Positions 62,921 to 64,000 of a DNA stretch of 64,000 nt are shown one piece after another. The translations under genes were made by a program, and so were the position numbers. The notes under the pieces were generated by a model. That model was not told the origin of the DNA and did not search any database. It saw only the letters and a list, made by a program, of their open reading frames with translations. Source of the stretch: Chiloscyllium plagiosum (taxonomy: Eukaryota); NCBI RefSeq assembly GCF_004010195.1, contig NC_057760.1, positions 4,047,507-4,111,506 of the forward strand, in the 5' to 3' direction. Positions within the stretch are counted from its first letter, which is position 1, and every line of letters begins with the position of its first letter.

Positions 62921-63184
62921 GTGAGAAGCAGCTGTCACAATTTAAACACTCCATTTGTTCTCAGAGTTAGTACAACACAGGAAGAGGCCAGTCTGCTCAT
63001 CATATTTGCACTTGTAAACACGGCTCTAATTATATGAATCTAATTTTCCAGTCCTTGGCCCAGAGCCCTGGAGATTTTGGCAGCACGAGTGAATATTTAA
63101 AAATGCTTTGAGTTTGTCTGACTCACCCTTCTGACAGCCAGAGAGTTCCAGACATTTGCAGTCCTCTTGAGTGAAAATATTTCT

Positions 63185-64000
63185 TAATGATCAGGGAGAA
63201 GGGAAGGCCGATCAGGGATAGTGGAGGGAACTTGTGCGTGGAGCCTAAGCAGATAGGGGAAGCCCACAATGAGTTTTTTGCTTCAGTTTTCAACAAAGGG
63301 ACCTTGTTGTGAATGAAAACTTTGAGGAGCTGGGATACAGGCTTGACCAGATAAAGATTGATGAAGTTGATGTGCTGGAAATTTTGGAAAACATTAAGAT
63401 TGATAAGTCCCCAGGGCCAGACCAGATTTATCATAGGCTGCTCTGGGAAGCAAGAAAGGAGGTTGCTAAACCACTGCCAAGGATATTTGCTTCCTCACTC
63501 TCCACAGGAGTCGAACCGGAGGATTGGAAGGAGGCGAATGTTGTTCCTCTTTTCAAGAAGGATAATAGGGAAATCCTTGGCAATTACAGACCAGTCAGTC
63601 TTATGTCTGTGGTCAGCAAAGCTTTGGAAAGAATTCTCAGGAATAGGATTTATCACTATTTGGCAAAGCATAGTGTGATTAAAGGCAGTCAGCATGGCTT
63701 TGTGAGGGGCAGGTCATGCCTCTCAAATCTTATTTAGTTCTTTGAGGAGGTGTCAAGACAGGTTGACGAAGGTCGAGCAGTGGATGTGGTGTATATGGAC
63801 TTCAGCAAGGCATTTGATAAGGTTCCCCATGGTAGGCTCATTCATAAAGTCAGGAAGTATGGGATACTGGGAGATTTGGCTATCTGGATTCCGAATTGGC
63901 TGGCTGACAGAAGGCAGAGAGTGGTTATAGATGGAAAGTATTCTGCCTGGAGGTCATGTTGAGTGGGGGTCCCGCAGGGCTCTGTTCTTGGGCCTCTGCT
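63185..64000 (+). mobile_element. CR1 LINE ORF2 fragment running off the window
   Basis: KSPGPDQIY, NYRPVSL, QHGFVRGRSCL, DFSKAFDKVPH, PQGSVLGP. Confidence 0.92.

Overview
Eukaryotic genomic DNA from a cartilaginous fish (HE1/V-SINEs, HER1/CR1 LINEs and shark-type Penelope-like elements point to a shark; this is an inference). Two host genes lie head-to-head around a CpG-rich promoter at about 39.8-40.0 kb that carries five phased TCACGTGG E-box/CLEAR-like motifs. CHTOP is on the minus strand: a putative first exon at 39706-~39800 and coding exons at 21886-21950, 17317-17467, 5096-5261 and 3486-3608, with the last exon left of the window. GBA1 (lysosomal glucocerebrosidase) is on the plus strand: nine exons equivalent to human exons 2-10; those matching exons 3-10 have the human sizes, both catalytic glutamates are present, and the last exon lies right of the window. 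The rest is mostly decayed CR1/L2 LINEs, SINEs, one probable solo LTR and a 969-nt N gap. The most notable non-genic signal is a set of Penelope-like insertions from at least three families. They share a fold-back (inverted, tails-out) architecture, 12-15 bp target duplications, microhomology at the truncated arm and minimal hammerhead ribozyme motifs; one hammerhead core (54491-54518) is intact on the GBA1 sense strand. Other points of interest: CHTOP intron-2 autoregulation signals (stop codon at the donor, candidate poison/decoy exon, hairpin), upstream ATG architecture, GBA1 residues at two Gaucher-mutation positions, and an old ~1 kb local duplication. Repeat boundaries were read by eye and are approximate.
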